IMG/VR virus record: IMGVR_UViG_3300030116_002768
Span: 1 to 31,069 of that record
Origin: a virus
Lineage: Duplodnaviria > Caudoviricetes
DNA length: 31,069 bases
Direction: 5' to 3' (one strand)
Every line of letters begins with the position of its first letter. Position 1 is the stretch's first letter. The notes below the pieces were generated by a model that was not told where the DNA came from, ran no database searches, and saw only the letters and a list, made by a program, of their open reading frames with translations. Of this stretch, positions 9,944-17,346 are shown in pieces. Position numbers and translations under genes: made by a program.

Positions 9944-10368
9944 TATAAATGATACTCCCTAGTTGTGAGTTTTACGTGGCTACGAATTAAACCATTTGCT
10001 GCAAGACGCAACCATTGTACTGGTTTACCAACGCCTATTAGATGTGTGAAGAAAGTTCTGTAGTATAGCATAGCCTCGTTATGTTTCCTTTTAAAGATAG
10101 AATCGATGACCCACAAGTTTTCTCCGCTGTTCCAATCATCGAAACCAATCTCTCTAGTTTCTAAAAATTTTTGCTCGGCCTCTTTATTCAAGAAGGCCCA
10201 GTTTCTAAAACCATATAAACCATCCTTGTCTCTGTGCACTTTGCATTGTCCTAATACTATTGATGGATATATGTGATAAAATATGTCTTTGACCTTTACA
10301 CCGTTCCACACTGGATAATCATCTTTGTATAAGTCTATGACCTCCAATATGTCGTCTATGTCATTCAT
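9943..10368 (-). CDS. HlyC/CyaC-family (RTX toxin-activating) acyltransferase homolog
   Basis: 141 aa; PSIVLGQ...GFRNWAFLNKEAEQKFL...DDWNSGENLWVIDSI...WLR is co-linear with HlyC as I recall it (PAIQANQ...AYCSWANLSLENEIKYL...EDWTSGDRKWFIDWI...AIR). Confidence 0.85.
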   Translation of the reverse strand: MNDIDDILEVIDLYKDDYPVWNGVKVKDIFYHIYPSIVLGQCKVHRDKDGLYGFRNWAFLNKEAEQKFLETREIGFDDWNSGENLWVIDSIFKRKHNEAMLYYRTFFTHLIGVGKPVQWLRLAANGLIRSHVKLTTREYHL

Positions 10369-10392
10369 ATTTTATGCAAGAGTTTAATCTTG

Positions 10393-10644
10393 TTAGTCGC
10401 CTGAGTCTGACCCCATAGGTGGCATTTCTAAAACTTTTACAGTTATGTCTTTTGCCATGTACTCTGCCCATGGTTTGCCACAGTCTTTGCAGGTCCCAGT
10501 TGCCTGTTCCTCTGAATCTACCTCATTATCGCAATTTTTACAATATATTCGTTGATATACCTCGGGTTGTAAAACAGTTATCATTTGACCATTTTCCTGT
10601 TTATACTCCGTTTTTTTCGCTTCTCTAACTAGTTTCATCGCCAT
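10393..10644 (-). CDS. Small zinc-ribbon protein
   Basis: 83 aa with CKNC and CKDC pairs (CxxC-x13-CxxC); TAATG overlap with the upstream gene. Confidence 0.75.
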   Translation of the reverse strand: MAMKLVREAKKTEYKQENGQMITVLQPEVYQRIYCKNCDNEVDSEEQATGTCKDCGKPWAEYMAKDITVKVLEMPPMGSDSGD

Positions 10645-11039
10645 TATGTAATCTCCAATACTGATAATTGTACATGTATTTTTGCAGCTGTACCAGCTGT
10701 AATCTTTATAATATCGCCCTCATTCGCAACAAGTGGCATACTTAACACTTCGTGTGGATTACCTATCGGAAAAGAATCTGTTGTCAAGTCTGTAGCTGGT
10801 AAATTCATTTTAAATAAAGTAGACTCCGTGTTAGTTCCTGTAGCACTGTCCACGTCTGTCATGGTAATTGTGACCAACACATTACTAGAATGTGAGTTGT
10901 ATAATCTTATAGATTTAATTATTGCTGTTGTTGACGGCGTAGGAGGTGTAGCTGTATCATCTGTTGTAGGCACAGTATAAAGTGTCGTTTGCGTCGTATT
11001 AGCTAGAACTAATGTTTTTGATAAAAATGTATCAGCCAA
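10644..11039 (-). CDS. Beta-rich putative tail structural protein (paralog of 21994..22353)
   Basis: TTG start preceded by AAGGAG; shares MA(D/N)TF...T(L/V)YTV...II...GDI(I/L)K(I/V)T...LS..EI with the 119-aa gene. Confidence 0.7.
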   Translation of the reverse strand: MADTFLSKTLVLANTTQTTLYTVPTTDDTATPPTPSTTAIIKSIRLYNSHSSNVLVTITMTDVDSATGTNTESTLFKMNLPATDLTTDSFPIGNPHEVLSMPLVANEGDIIKITAGTAAKIHVQLSVLEIT

Positions 11040-11199
11040 GGTACCAACTCCTTGCTAGTGTTTCGTCTTTTGTTTGTTGTTCATAAGAGAAGTTTAGTTG
11101 TGTTATAACTTGTTCTAATTCACGTATTAACGTGTCAAACTGAGCTCTTTCATATTCAGGTGTTGCCTGTGGTAATCTACCTACTGTTATCTTTGCCAT
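11032..11199 (-). CDS. Small hypothetical virion-module protein (55 aa)
   Basis: Not in the ORF track; hand translation MAKITVGRLPQATPEYERAQFDTLIRELEQVITQLNFSYEQQTKDETLARSWYLG*. TAATG overlap with the 796-aa gene and exactly fills the gap. Confidence 0.85.
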   Translation of the reverse strand: MAKITVGRLPQATPEYERAQFDTLIRELEQVITQLNFSYEQQTKDETLARSWYLG

Positions 11200-13589
11200 T
11201 ATCTGCCTCCATCTGGTTTAACATCTAGTCTTAATGTACCATATCTCCACTTATCACCAAGAGTTGTGCTCGATATAACTATGTTTGCTTGTCTTCCACG
11301 ACCCCTTGTATCAACTTTTGTTGTCGTTGGAGTAACATTTGATAAATTAATTCTTGTGTTTGTGTAGTTTGTAACTTTTTTGTTTGATGAGTGTGAAGTG
11401 GCTGTTGTGCCATTTTGCGCTCTTGTAATACCAATTAATTTATTTGTGGTTGTGTTGTTTGAACTGTAAGCGATAATTTCTGTGCCTATTAACACAGATC
11501 CATCTGTTGATGGAAAACTACTGCTATCTTTTAATTCTATTTCAGCAGAGGTTCCGGATAAACTAGAACTAATTGCTGTCTTTAAAGAATCAGTTGTTGT
11601 TGTTTGTGAGAAATCTTTAAAAGTCAACAATACATTTGCACTGCCTTTTTGATTTTTAAAATCTGGAATGTATCTAGATATAGATAATACTTCTTCTCCA
11701 TCCTGTATGTCAAAATCAGCAGACTGTAAGAAACACTCCATAGCTTCTATGTCATTGTCTGTCCCCTCTTCGTGTTGATAAATTACACTAGACCCATCTG
11801 TTGCACCTAATACTGTTGGTGAGTCACCAATAACAGTCGAACTATATTCTGTTGCGTATGGCACTTGATAAACTCCATAGTCTAACCAAGATGTTCTAGC
11901 TAGTGAATTCGTGTACCATGTTCCTTCAACATAGTTGTAAGTTACATTTCTATCTATAAAGTTAGAATCTTTACTAGCATAAAACCACGTAATCTCGTTG
12001 AAGTCAGAGTTTAGTCCTGCATACACTAACGGTTGTTGTGTAATACTAAAATCATCAAACACATAATCTTGCACGGAGCATGGTATTTTTTTAACAGCAC
12101 CATCAAACATGTAGAATGACTGTTGGCTCATCCAGAATGTCGTACCATTTACATCCACAGCTGCGTACGGAGACACTGCACCACAGTTAGAAGCTAACTG
12201 AGACAAACCAAATATAAAAGGTGGTCCAATAAATTGTAATTGGTGTAGTGACGTATCTGTCCATATAAGAATACCACCACGAGATCTCAATGTTGTAATA
12301 ATTTTAGAGCCATCTTGTATTCTAAACGACCCTGCTGTGTTTGTGCTCGTTGGTGACCATGTTGTAAAATCTTCTTGTGATGAAAATCTTAAGAATAAAT
12401 CATCTTGTGATGTGGTTGTGCCAATAGTTGTTTCTGTTCCCATTAGTATGACATGTCTATCAGGTGTAGACAAAATTAAATGTCTTGATGATGTTGGTGC
12501 GTTAGCACTAGCGACAACAGCTCGTGTTGTAACACCAGATGAAGTGTCCCATCTAAACAATTTACCATTACTTTGCAGTGCCAGTAAATCTTCACCAAAG
12601 TTTTCAAATACCCAGTATCTAGAATCAAGAACTGTGGTTGATGATGATGCCGCCTCGTTCCAACTAGTAGCATTAATATCTGTATTTGATGCATCAAATA
12701 TAATTGTAACAACAGCGTCATCTAAATGAATTGCTGCAACGTGACTACTGTCTGTATTACCAGGAGAAGTGCCTGAAGCAACGGTAGTTGTACCCTCATT
12801 AGTTGTTAAACCTCTTGTTACAGTTAAATCATTTGATGATACGCCTGTGACTTTCATAACCTCTTGACCAATTAAAATATAATCACCGTTTGCAAACTTA
12901 CTTCCATCATCAACAACTAATGTAGTAGCACTGGCACTAAAGTTACTACCCATGTTAACAGCGTCTGTAACTCGACCTGTATCTGCAAACCCATTCCATG
13001 GATCAACACCCCAACCATAACCGTATGTGTTAACTTCTTCACCAACACCAATTTGATAAGCCGCGGTGCTCGTTCCACCGCCAGAGCCAGTTGCGTTAGC
13101 GTTGCTTGAGTGTGTAACCTTATACGTACTTGCATCTACAACTTCTGTAATTTCAAACTCTGCATTCATGTCTAAACCACCTTGAGTTGAGGCAGCTGTG
13201 AATGTTACAAAGTCACCAGCTTTTGCACCGTGTGCAGCATCAGTCACTGTAATTACAGCAGAACCATCGCTTGTAGCAAACGGATTACTTAAACCTGTTT
13301 GTGTGTTACGAAGAGGAGTTATGTCTGTTACAGAACCCTCAGTGTAAACATATAGTTTTTTATCTGTGCCAAGAGCCAAGTATCTTGTTCCATCAAGAGA
13401 TGACCATGCAAACTGTGCACGAACAGAGCCATACAATTTATCAGAAATTAATTTTACCCAACCACCAATCTTTTCTGGTTGACCATAACGAAAGCGAACG
13501 TTTTCTCCGTCAACCCATTTACCTTCAGCACCATACTCAGTGCTTTGTTTGTCAAACCCTGGTGCAAATTTATAAGATAGTAAAGGCAT
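11199..13589 (-). CDS. Tail nozzle / packaged-DNA stabilization protein (P22 gp10-like beta-propeller) with inserted beta domains
   Basis: 796 aa; GKWVDGENVRFRYGQPEKIGGW N-terminus, RFSSQEDFTTW, ILIWTDTSL, NCGAVSP and FNEITWFY blade-like motifs, ending LRLDVKPDGGR; lies between the fibres and the ejection genes. Confidence 0.75.
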   Translation of the reverse strand: MPLLSYKFAPGFDKQSTEYGAEGKWVDGENVRFRYGQPEKIGGWVKLISDKLYGSVRAQFAWSSLDGTRYLALGTDKKLYVYTEGSVTDITPLRNTQTGLSNPFATSDGSAVITVTDAAHGAKAGDFVTFTAASTQGGLDMNAEFEITEVVDASTYKVTHSSNANATGSGGGTSTAAYQIGVGEEVNTYGYGWGVDPWNGFADTGRVTDAVNMGSNFSASATTLVVDDGSKFANGDYILIGQEVMKVTGVSSNDLTVTRGLTTNEGTTTVASGTSPGNTDSSHVAAIHLDDAVVTIIFDASNTDINATSWNEAASSSTTVLDSRYWVFENFGEDLLALQSNGKLFRWDTSSGVTTRAVVASANAPTSSRHLILSTPDRHVILMGTETTIGTTTSQDDLFLRFSSQEDFTTWSPTSTNTAGSFRIQDGSKIITTLRSRGGILIWTDTSLHQLQFIGPPFIFGLSQLASNCGAVSPYAAVDVNGTTFWMSQQSFYMFDGAVKKIPCSVQDYVFDDFSITQQPLVYAGLNSDFNEITWFYASKDSNFIDRNVTYNYVEGTWYTNSLARTSWLDYGVYQVPYATEYSSTVIGDSPTVLGATDGSSVIYQHEEGTDNDIEAMECFLQSADFDIQDGEEVLSISRYIPDFKNQKGSANVLLTFKDFSQTTTTDSLKTAISSSLSGTSAEIELKDSSSFPSTDGSVLIGTEIIAYSSNNTTTNKLIGITRAQNGTTATSHSSNKKVTNYTNTRINLSNVTPTTTKVDTRGRGRQANIVISSTTLGDKWRYGTLRLDVKPDGGR

Positions 13590-13594
13590 AGTTA

Positions 13595-13786
13595 TTAACC
13601 CTCTTTAACTTTCGAGTAATCGTATACTGGTTTTGGATTAATCTTTATATCGTCTTTAATGATATCCACTCTCCACACTTTACCTTGCGTAAATTCATCA
13701 AAAATTTCAGCAATAGGTTTGTTGCTTTCATACTCTTGTTCTTTTTTAATATCGTCTTCAATGTAATATACTTTGTATTTAACCAT
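13595..13786 (-). CDS. Small hypothetical protein (63 aa)
   Basis: Fills the gap between the adhesin and nozzle genes on the coding strand; charged and AT-rich. Confidence 0.65.
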   Translation of the reverse strand: MVKYKVYYIEDDIKKEQEYESNKPIAEIFDEFTQGKVWRVDIIKDDIKINPKPVYDYSKVKEG

Positions 13787-13791
13787 AATTA

Positions 13792-14841
13792 TTAAGCCAC
13801 CCTTATATATCTAAATTTAATTTCTCCTGCTCCTCCATCACCACCATCAGTTGATCCAGAACTACCTTGACTAGCTGGGAATGTAACCTGTGCAGCTCCA
13901 CCGCCACCACCAGATCCCCTTGTGCCATCACCTCCTGCTGTTCCATTTCCAGAAGACGATCCACCAGATCCGCCTGATACATTACCACTGTAAGAAGATG
14001 CACCTGTTGATCCACCTATTCTACAGTTGTCACCTGAACAGTTTCCGTTGTTACCACCAGCGGCTCCATTTCCACTATCATTAAAAGTGCCTGTTGGTCC
14101 AGAGGTTAAAGTAGACAGATTTACTCCAACGTTGCTTGCATTAACAAATGTTCCAGAACTAACTGATGTGCTAACAGTAGCAGATCCAGCTGATCCTGCA
14201 ATGTTTGTTCTAAGCGGTCCTGCAACATCACCATTAATACCTGATGCACCGCCACCTCCTGTTAGTGAAAAAATACTACCTGTGCTACTGCCAGATAAAC
14301 TTGTTGTGCCACCAGCAGTTGCCACTTGGTCTAGACTTGAGTTAAATGCTCGCTCTCTACTCCCAGATGGTTGCGCAGCTTGTTGAACAGATATATCAAC
14401 ACCTGTCCCTGCTGCTCCAACGGTAAAGGTTAATGTTTCACCAGCAGTGACTGTAAAAACTTTATCTGATATGTAAGCGCCTGATCCACCACCAGCACCA
14501 GCGGACTCACCACCAACACTATCATAGTCGGCACCACCACAACCACCGCCACCACCGGCGACAGCAAACTCAATGTGAACTGCATTAGCACCAGCAGGCA
14601 CTGTTGATGTTGTGCTTGAAGAAAGAGTTGAAAATGATTGTGCAACAAATTTTGAACATGCATAGAAATCAGAAATTTTAATTGTGCCTGATGATGGTAT
14701 GGCATTACCGTCAGGATCTTGTGTGCCTGCCGCAACCAGTCCCGCCCCAGCGTAATAGTCGGACAAGCTTCTTGCTCCAGATCCACCAAATTCATCAGAT
14801 ATTTCTGAGATTGCAAGTGAGCCGCTGGATTTAATAGTCAT
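13792..14841 (-). CDS. Glycine-rich tail-tip adhesin (T2/S16 gp38-like architecture)
   Basis: N-terminal SSGSLAISEI..EFGG..SLSDYY..IPSSGTIKISDFY attachment-like domain, then many polyglycine runs (AGGGGG, GAGGGSG, GSGGGGGA, GGDGGAG); coupled to an S74-bearing fibre. Confidence 0.72.
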   Translation of the reverse strand: MTIKSSGSLAISEISDEFGGSGARSLSDYYAGAGLVAAGTQDPDGNAIPSSGTIKISDFYACSKFVAQSFSTLSSSTTSTVPAGANAVHIEFAVAGGGGGCGGADYDSVGGESAGAGGGSGAYISDKVFTVTAGETLTFTVGAAGTGVDISVQQAAQPSGSRERAFNSSLDQVATAGGTTSLSGSSTGSIFSLTGGGGASGINGDVAGPLRTNIAGSAGSATVSTSVSSGTFVNASNVGVNLSTLTSGPTGTFNDSGNGAAGGNNGNCSGDNCRIGGSTGASSYSGNVSGGSGGSSSGNGTAGGDGTRGSGGGGGAAQVTFPASQGSSGSTDGGDGGAGEIKFRYIRVA

Positions 14842-15788
14842 TACTTAGACTCCTTTAGCTTCTCTACCTCTGCTTTCAATTCTTTTATAGCTTCTATTAA
14901 TATGCCTACCATGTTGCCATATGCAACAGATTTGTATTCACCGTCTTTTACAACTTCAGGTAGAATGTTTTCAACTTCTTGTGCAATAACCCCGGTCCCC
15001 GCTTCACCGTCTTTTGTAAAATAAACACCACGCATGTCAGATACTTTATCAAGAGCGTTTGGTATGGTTCTAATATCAGATTTTAAATTCATGTCGGAGA
15101 ATGCTGTCACATCACCACCAGCCGTGACGCTAGAATTAAATGTTGCTGCTCCTGCAGCTGACATGTCAAGAGTTAAAGCTGTTATTTCTGAACCACCATC
15201 ATTCCCCAAAAACTTCATGTCTTTATCACTAACATTAGATTTAATTACAAAATCAGAGGAGGAATTAGATAGTTGACCAAAACTTGTGCCATCGTCTCTT
15301 AAAAAAATATCACCACCGTCAGCGTCTAAAATAATATCTCCTGCAACATCAAAAGTTAAATCACCAGATGTATGAGCGTAACTGCCACTGGTTATTGTTG
15401 TGTTACCGCTGTTGATACCATTGGTTGCTGTAATCAATCCTGTAAGTGTTGACGTGCCCGTGGTTTCAAATGTACCTGTAACTTTAGCTCCTGCTGTTAC
15501 TGTTTCAAATCTTTTTGTATTATTTGAATATAACTCTACGTCACCATCACCAGCAAACACAGCCATGGTTTCTGAGCCATCTGCTTTTTTTACATTTAAT
15601 GTGCTAGCGTTTATGTCTAGTGCACCGGTGCCACAAGTTATGTCACCAACACTACCAGAGTGTGTAAGTTGTAAATCGTTATCATTTCCTATGTTTAAAA
15701 CAGCGCCGTCATCCAACAAACTAAAATTACCGTTTGCTGTTGGGTTTTTAAATTTATATGCAATTGATTCGTATGTAAAAGTTGCCAT
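14841..15788 (-). CDS. Tail fibre with C-terminal Peptidase S74 intramolecular chaperone
   Basis: AFSDMNLK cleavage-type motif, GVIAQEVENILPEVV, VAYGNMVGILIEAIKEL and a terminal coiled coil. Confidence 0.88.
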   Translation of the reverse strand: MATFTYESIAYKFKNPTANGNFSLLDDGAVLNIGNDNDLQLTHSGSVGDITCGTGALDINASTLNVKKADGSETMAVFAGDGDVELYSNNTKRFETVTAGAKVTGTFETTGTSTLTGLITATNGINSGNTTITSGSYAHTSGDLTFDVAGDIILDADGGDIFLRDDGTSFGQLSNSSSDFVIKSNVSDKDMKFLGNDGGSEITALTLDMSAAGAATFNSSVTAGGDVTAFSDMNLKSDIRTIPNALDKVSDMRGVYFTKDGEAGTGVIAQEVENILPEVVKDGEYKSVAYGNMVGILIEAIKELKAEVEKLKESK

Positions 15789-16522
15789 TATTTATTCTTA
15801 AACCTCCATCCAAAAGTTGAGTCTTGATAGACAAGAGCAAACGCTGCATTGTTTGTATCGACAACCATTTCGTCACCAGCAGTATTAGCCATAATTTTTT
15901 CACTGCCTGGTTCTACTGTTAAATTGTTTGTATCAAATGTGCCCTCTGCATCTATGAAAGATACTGTGTCTCCTTGTGATGGCGATGATGGCAATGTAAT
16001 TGTTATTGCACCAGCGCTTGTGTCAACAAAAATATTATCACCTGCAAACGCTGTATAGGCTCCTGTTTTTTCTATGTAATCAGCTGACCCTGTTTTTAAT
16101 TCATACCAATTAGTTCCATCTGTTGCCACAAACTTATTTCTACTTGGTAGTAATGTGATTGTGTTACCACTCGCACCCAATCTCATAGTTATCGTAGCAG
16201 TGGAGGACCCGTTAATTAATAAGTATAATTTTTCCACCGCTGGAAACTGAACAGTGTGTGTTCCACCAGTGCCACCAGCAGTGCCTGTAAATCTTAATGC
16301 TGCTTGTCTAGCTTGGTTGTCCGCTTGTGCTTGTGGTCCATTACCTGTGGTTAGTGTTGTTGTTTGCGCTGAGCTTGAGCCCATTGCAATTTCTTCAACA
16401 CCGGCTATTGCTTGTTCAATGGATTGGTTAAAGTTGTTATTAGTCGTGGTTCCCCAAGACCCAGCTTGTTCACCATCACCTATAAGTTCTATTCTTAACC
16501 TTGTTGAAAATGTCGATGCCAT
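15788..16522 (-). CDS. Tail fibre / fibre-attachment protein (244 aa; start corrected to ATG 16522)
   Basis: ATG at 16522 overlaps the upstream stop (TAATG) and has GGAG upstream, so it is preferred to the track's TTG at 16537. C-terminal YTAFAGDNIFVDTSAGAITITLPSSPSQGDTVSFID...FALVY...GW resembles the domain of T4-like proximal fibre/baseplate proteins. Confidence 0.75.
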   Translation of the reverse strand: MASTFSTRLRIELIGDGEQAGSWGTTTNNNFNQSIEQAIAGVEEIAMGSSSAQTTTLTTGNGPQAQADNQARQAALRFTGTAGGTGGTHTVQFPAVEKLYLLINGSSTATITMRLGASGNTITLLPSRNKFVATDGTNWYELKTGSADYIEKTGAYTAFAGDNIFVDTSAGAITITLPSSPSQGDTVSFIDAEGTFDTNNLTVEPGSEKIMANTAGDEMVVDTNNAAFALVYQDSTFGWRFKNK

Positions 16523-17004
16523 TATGTATTTCTCCAATCTGTGGTTTCAACCACAGCTTCAGTGTCTACGTCTGCCCACGTTGATGTTTCATCCGTCACA
16601 TTATCATCAACTTCAGCCCATGTAAACAGGGAAGGTGCTGTAAGGGCTGTAGACATTAAATTGCTTCCAGGCGTGGCTATAACTTTTACTAGGAAATCTG
16701 ACCCCAAACCTTGCACCGTGGCTGTCATGCCTAAATTAGTATTTGTCGCTATAAACCTAGTTTCTGGTGTAACACCAACAGCAGGTATAGACAGGGTTTG
16801 CCCAGAAGGCAACGCGATTACTAATTGTGATGTAGTGCCAACAGCAGAACTTAAACCCTGACCAGTGACGGCTATAAGAGCACCACCAAGAATAGTGCCA
16901 CCAGATATCGCTGATGTTACTGTTTGACCTGTTCCAATGTGTCTGGCATCCGCCGTTGTCTGTGACGAGAACCCTGAGTCAGAAAAAGCGGCGAAACCAA
17001 ACAT
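16522..17004 (-). CDS. Putative tail structural protein (160 aa)
   Basis: MFGFAAFSDSGFS start; loose (T/S)GQ.(L/V)(T/S) repeats; acidic Trp-repeat tail (TWAEVD, TWADVD, TDW). Confidence 0.65.
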   Translation of the reverse strand: MFGFAAFSDSGFSSQTTADARHIGTGQTVTSAISGGTILGGALIAVTGQGLSSAVGTTSQLVIALPSGQTLSIPAVGVTPETRFIATNTNLGMTATVQGLGSDFLVKVIATPGSNLMSTALTAPSLFTWAEVDDNVTDETSTWADVDTEAVVETTDWRNT

Positions 17005-17010
17005 TAGTAA

Positions 17011-17313
17011 TTATCCTTTAGTTGGATCAGACGCATCGTCTCTAGCTTTTCTGTTTTTGTAATCAGAACGAGCCGTGATTAATGCTACAAAGTCAGCTTG
17101 GTTAGATGGAATAGAATCTGTGAATGAATCATCATTCATCAACTTATTTGTCCATTCACTTTGCATACGTTTCCAACAGTTGTTGATTTTACCATCAACT
17201 GCTTTCTGTATCCAATCATCTAGACCAGCATTATCTGTATCGTTATATAAATCATTAGACAAAATCTTTTGTTGAAGATCTGTTAATGTTATTTCTTTTT
17301 TGTGGTCAGCCAT
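17011..17313 (-). CDS. Hypothetical protein (100 aa), possible fibre-associated factor
   Basis: Strong AAGGAGG RBS; follows the C1q fibre gene. Confidence 0.7.
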   Translation of the reverse strand: MADHKKEITLTDLQQKILSNDLYNDTDNAGLDDWIQKAVDGKINNCWKRMQSEWTNKLMNDDSFTDSIPSNQADFVALITARSDYKNRKARDDASDPTKG

Positions 17314-17346
17314 ATTTTACCTCCTTTAAGGTTGATTGTTTCGTCA

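Noticed and set aside
13050-13290. Ubiquitin-like conjugation system (E1 FCCH-like domains plus GG motifs)
   Set aside because: FCCH-like beta domains are common structural inserts in phage tails, and no E1 adenylation, E2, JAB or Ubl gene is visible.
12476-14816. Short alternative-frame minus-strand ORFs (12476-12721, 12917-13135, 13803-14015, 14430-14816)
   Set aside because: Nested in well-supported genes, with the L/V/Q-rich composition expected from off-frame reading of Gly/Ala/Thr codons.
9943-14841. A bona fide RTX toxin locus (HlyC plus Gly-rich protein)
   Set aside because: The Gly-rich protein lacks tandem GGxGxDxUx nonapeptides, and no HlyB/HlyD transporter is present; the context is a virion operon.
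16523-16537. TTG start giving a 249-aa protein
   Set aside because: The ATG at 16522 has a correctly spaced GGAG and the TAATG coupling seen throughout the operon.
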